64,000 nt of DNA, taken from assembly GCA_903829945.1 (NCBI GenBank), contig CAIKRV010000063.1, forward strand, positions 26,502-90,501. The letters run 5' to 3'. This DNA is from an uncultured bacterium (lineage in GTDB: Bacteria > Bacteroidota > Bacteroidia > CAILMK01). Below, one piece after another: positions 61,487-64,000 of the stretch (the first letter of the stretch is position 1; each line of letters opens with the position of its first letter). The translations under genes and the position numbers were made by a program. Below the pieces are notes generated by a model. The model was not told the origin of the DNA, searched no databases, and saw only the letters and a program-made list of their open reading frames with translations.

Positions 61487-62131
61487 TTGAAACATACACT
61501 ACTTACCATACAAGAGTTATTAAAATGGTTTAAACCCGAAACTATTATACAGAGTGGAGGCTTACCTTTATTATGTTTTATTTTATTTGCCGAAACCGGA
61601 TTATTTATCGGCTTCTTTTTACCTGGTGATTCCTTATTATTTGTGGCAGGTTTATTTTCATATTTAATGCCCGGAGGTCTTCCAATAATTATTTTATGTG
61701 CAGTAGCATCCGCAATTATTGGAAACTTGGTAGGATACTATTTTGGGCTCAGTTTGGGGCCAAGATTATTTAAAAAAGAAGATTCTTTAATATTCAAGAA
61801 AAAGTATTTGGACATGACCGAATCCTTTTATGCCAAACATGGTAGGGCAGCGCTAATCTTAGGAAGATTTATTCCCATTATCAGAACCTTTGTACCCATC
61901 TTAGCCGGAGCCATCAAAATGAATTTTAGCAGATTTTTAGTTTATAATGTAATTGGAGCTTTATTATGGGTGCCTACCCTAATTATGGCTGGCTACTGGC
62001 TCGGACAAATTACCTGGGTAAAAGAACATATAGAACTTATTGTAATCGGTTTAATTATTGTTACTATTATTCCTGTCATCCGCACTTATATCCGCGAAAG
62101 AAATGCACATAGGGCATCCAGCGAAAACTAA
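61487..62131 (+). CDS. DedA/SNARE-associated family membrane protein
   Basis: FFLPGDSLLFVAG and GRFIPIIRTF match the DedA family. Confidence 0.8.
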   Translation: MKHTLLTIQELLKWFKPETIIQSGGLPLLCFILFAETGLFIGFFLPGDSLLFVAGLFSYLMPGGLPIIILCAVASAIIGNLVGYYFGLSLGPRLFKKEDSLIFKKKYLDMTESFYAKHGRAALILGRFIPIIRTFVPILAGAIKMNFSRFLVYNVIGALLWVPTLIMAGYWLGQITWVKEHIELIVIGLIIVTIIPVIRTYIRERNAHRASSEN

Positions 62132-62149
62132 CATTTAAAAGAGTAAATA

Positions 62150-62180
62150 AAAAAGACTCACTTGATAGTGAGTCTTTTTT
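62150..62180. terminator. Bidirectional intrinsic terminator between the dedA-family gene and the cupin gene
   Basis: aaaaagactcac-ttgata-gtgagtctttttt, a perfect 10-bp stem flanked by A5 and T6. Confidence 0.7.
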
Positions 62181-62200
62181 ATTTACTTAGCGTTGAACTA

Positions 62201-62662
62201 TTATTTTTCATCCAACATTGTTATTCCCCACGGACCGATTCCTGTGATTTGTAAAATAACTTCTTCATTTAAGGTATATAAAAAATGATGGGACATAGCA
62301 GGATTAACATAATAAGCACCGGCCGTAAATTTAGTGCCTGATGTTTTATCGGCCTGCTCCCCAAAGCCTAAATAAAGGCTACCGGATATTATAGTTACTC
62401 GTTCATCCTTTGGATGCCAATGTGCCGGAATCGTATAATTCGGCGGCAATTTAAAACGTACTGTAAATACGCCTTCCTTTTTAGGATTTCCTTCCAATAC
62501 GATCATCTTTGCACCCGGTAAAAATGGAGTTGGGGCATCCATCCATTTTATATTTTGAGGAAAAACCTGGATGCTACCCATAGGTAAAGGCTTTGCTAAA
62601 ATACTCTGGGCCGATAAATAATTGCCCGTAAAAATAAAAATGATTAGTACAATTATTTTATT
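62201..62662 (-). CDS. Secreted cupin-domain protein
   Basis: Signal peptide MNKIIVLIIFIFTGNYLSAQS. The cupin motif region reads IPAHWHPKDERVTIISG. Starting at 62662 avoids overlap with the upstream helicase gene. Confidence 0.6.
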   Translation of the reverse strand, partial: NKIIVLIIFIFTGNYLSAQSILAKPLPMGSIQVFPQNIKWMDAPTPFLPGAKMIVLEGNPKKEGVFTVRFKLPPNYTIPAHWHPKDERVTIISGSLYLGFGEQADKTSGTKFTAGAYYVNPAMSHHFLYTLNEEVILQITGIGPWGITMLDEK

Positions 62663-64000
62663 CATAAATTGGTTTGTTATTTTCAAATATAATTTCATTG
62701 GTTTCATGCAATTGGCTTTCAAATACTTTGTTTAAGATGGCACTAACGTTACTGAGCTCTTCTACTTTTTTTACTTTTTCGGTATATATATACAACCTGT
62801 TCCTAGGACGTGTAAATGCTACATACATCAGATTTACATTATCTATACTCAGCATGGCATCTTCCTTATGGTAAGCTTCATGGAAAACAGAATCTTCTAA
62901 TTGTGTTGTAAATGAAATCGGCAATTTTGCGAAAGAATTAAAAGGCGAATGTTCAGATGAAACCCAAATTAAATCTGCAAAAGTACTTTTGAATTTCCAA
63001 TTGGCAAATGGTATAAAGACCACCGGAAATTCCAAGCCTTTCGATTTATGAATGGTCATAATTCTTATTGCATTCATTTCACTATTTAATACTACGGTAT
63101 AGGATTCATTTGCCCACCATTCCAAAAATGAATGAATTGATAATTTTTGATTTCGAGTAAATTCTAGAATAACTTGTCTGAAACTTAATATATAAGGATC
63201 AATTTTTTCAAATAAGTTAAAATCTTTGAGTATTCTTTCAATAAGTTCGTATAAAGGTAAATTTACAATAGAAGATTTATGGTCAAGAAAATTTGACGGT
63301 AAGTGTTTTTTAAATAAAAGATCCCCATTTTTAACATCATTAAAAATTTCAGCATTTGCGATCAGGGAGTCCTTTAAAACATAATTCAAATACAAGTAAA
63401 GCAATTCCGATTTTGCCAATTGATTACTTGGATGCACTAAATAATGTAAAGCAGCTAATATTAAACGTATATGCGGACTTTTATCCAGAAAAAGTGAATC
63501 CGGTGAAATAAACTCAATACTATATTGGTTCAATGTTTCAGCAACAATTTCTGCCTCGGCATTATTCCTGACCAAAATGGTAATATCTCTCATGTTCATC
63601 CCTTCTGTAAATAATTGGGAAATAGTATTGACCATCCTAGTGCAAGCATTGGAAATATAGGCGTCCTTAGAATTTCCTTCCTTTTCAAAAAAAACAAGTT
63701 CCACCCTTCCACTAATACCTTCTTTTTTGCCAGCAGGAATTTGCTTTACATCAGCATAAATATTATGTAATAATTCTAATTCATGAAAATGACTTGGAAA
63801 TAAATTTAACGATTTTGTAAAAAGATCATTATTGAAAGCTACAATTTCAGTATGACTTCTAAAATTATTTTTAAGCGTTTCTTTCTGTGAATTGCCCGGG
63901 AAATAATTATCACTTACTTGTGATGATATTAATTCAACTTTGCCACCGCGCCAACGATAAATGGCTTGTTTAGCATCGCCGACCAATAAACATTCAGCAC
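62658..64000 (-). CDS. UvrD/Rep-family helicase, C-terminal part (the N-terminus lies beyond the end of the window). Long C-terminal extension.
   Basis: The reading frame continues past 64000 (LLVGDAKQAIYRWRGG, helicase motif IV-like). A further ~440 aa follow, ending with a possible nuclease-like region. Confidence 0.65.
   Translation of the reverse strand, partial: AECLLVGDAKQAIYRWRGGKVELISSQVSDNYFPGNSQKETLKNNFRSHTEIVAFNNDLFTKSLNLFPSHFHELELLHNIYADVKQIPAGKKEGISGRVELVFFEKEGNSKDAYISNACTRMVNTISQLFTEGMNMRDITILVRNNAEAEIVAETLNQYSIEFISPDSLFLDKSPHIRLILAALHYLVHPSNQLAKSELLYLYLNYVLKDSLIANAEIFNDVKNGDLLFKKHLPSNFLDHKSSIVNLPLYELIERILKDFNLFEKIDPYILSFRQVILEFTRNQKLSIHSFLEWWANESYTVVLNSEMNAIRIMTIHKSKGLEFPVVFIPFANWKFKSTFADLIWVSSEHSPFNSFAKLPISFTTQLEDSVFHEAYHKEDAMLSIDNVNLMYVAFTRPRNRLYIYTEKVKKVEELSNVSAILNKVFESQLHETNEIIFENNKPIYE

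Overview
This window looks like a core chromosomal segment of a Bacteroidota genome (roughly 35-40% GC). Three things support that assignment: a secreted protein carrying a T9SS C-terminal sorting domain, an exbB-exbD-exbD-tonB cluster, and a probable TAnnTTTG -7 promoter motif. I call about 62 protein-coding genes, almost all housekeeping. They include clpC (partial), dnaB, etfBA, holA, accD, fbaB, queE, folD, rlmB, ychF, a membrane H+/Na+ pyrophosphatase, ettA, purM, htrA, rlmD, aroQ, lhgO, murQ, nadE and trmH. I found no tRNA or rRNA genes, no CRISPR array, and no transposase or integrase. The standout feature is the 890-bp gap between ychF and a YD-repeat protein gene, at 19501-20391. It holds a tandem array of at least 12 short stem-loops. 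Each stem-loop has an invariant hexaloop CCGUAA, and the stems differ between copies by base-pair-preserving (covarying) changes. The array is preceded by a TAnnTTTG-type promoter motif and ends in a strong + strand intrinsic terminator. I read this as a candidate undescribed structured ncRNA built like a multi-hairpin protein-sponge RNA. The strongest secondary observation is a seven-heme c-type cytochrome fused to TPR repeats, lying next to a radical SAM/SPASM enzyme gene. Secondary items are an AT-rich islet (23.8-26.3 kb) encoding an orphan membrane protein and a T9SS cargo protein, a MurNAc-recycling operon with an uncharacterised third gene, and several start-codon ambiguities.
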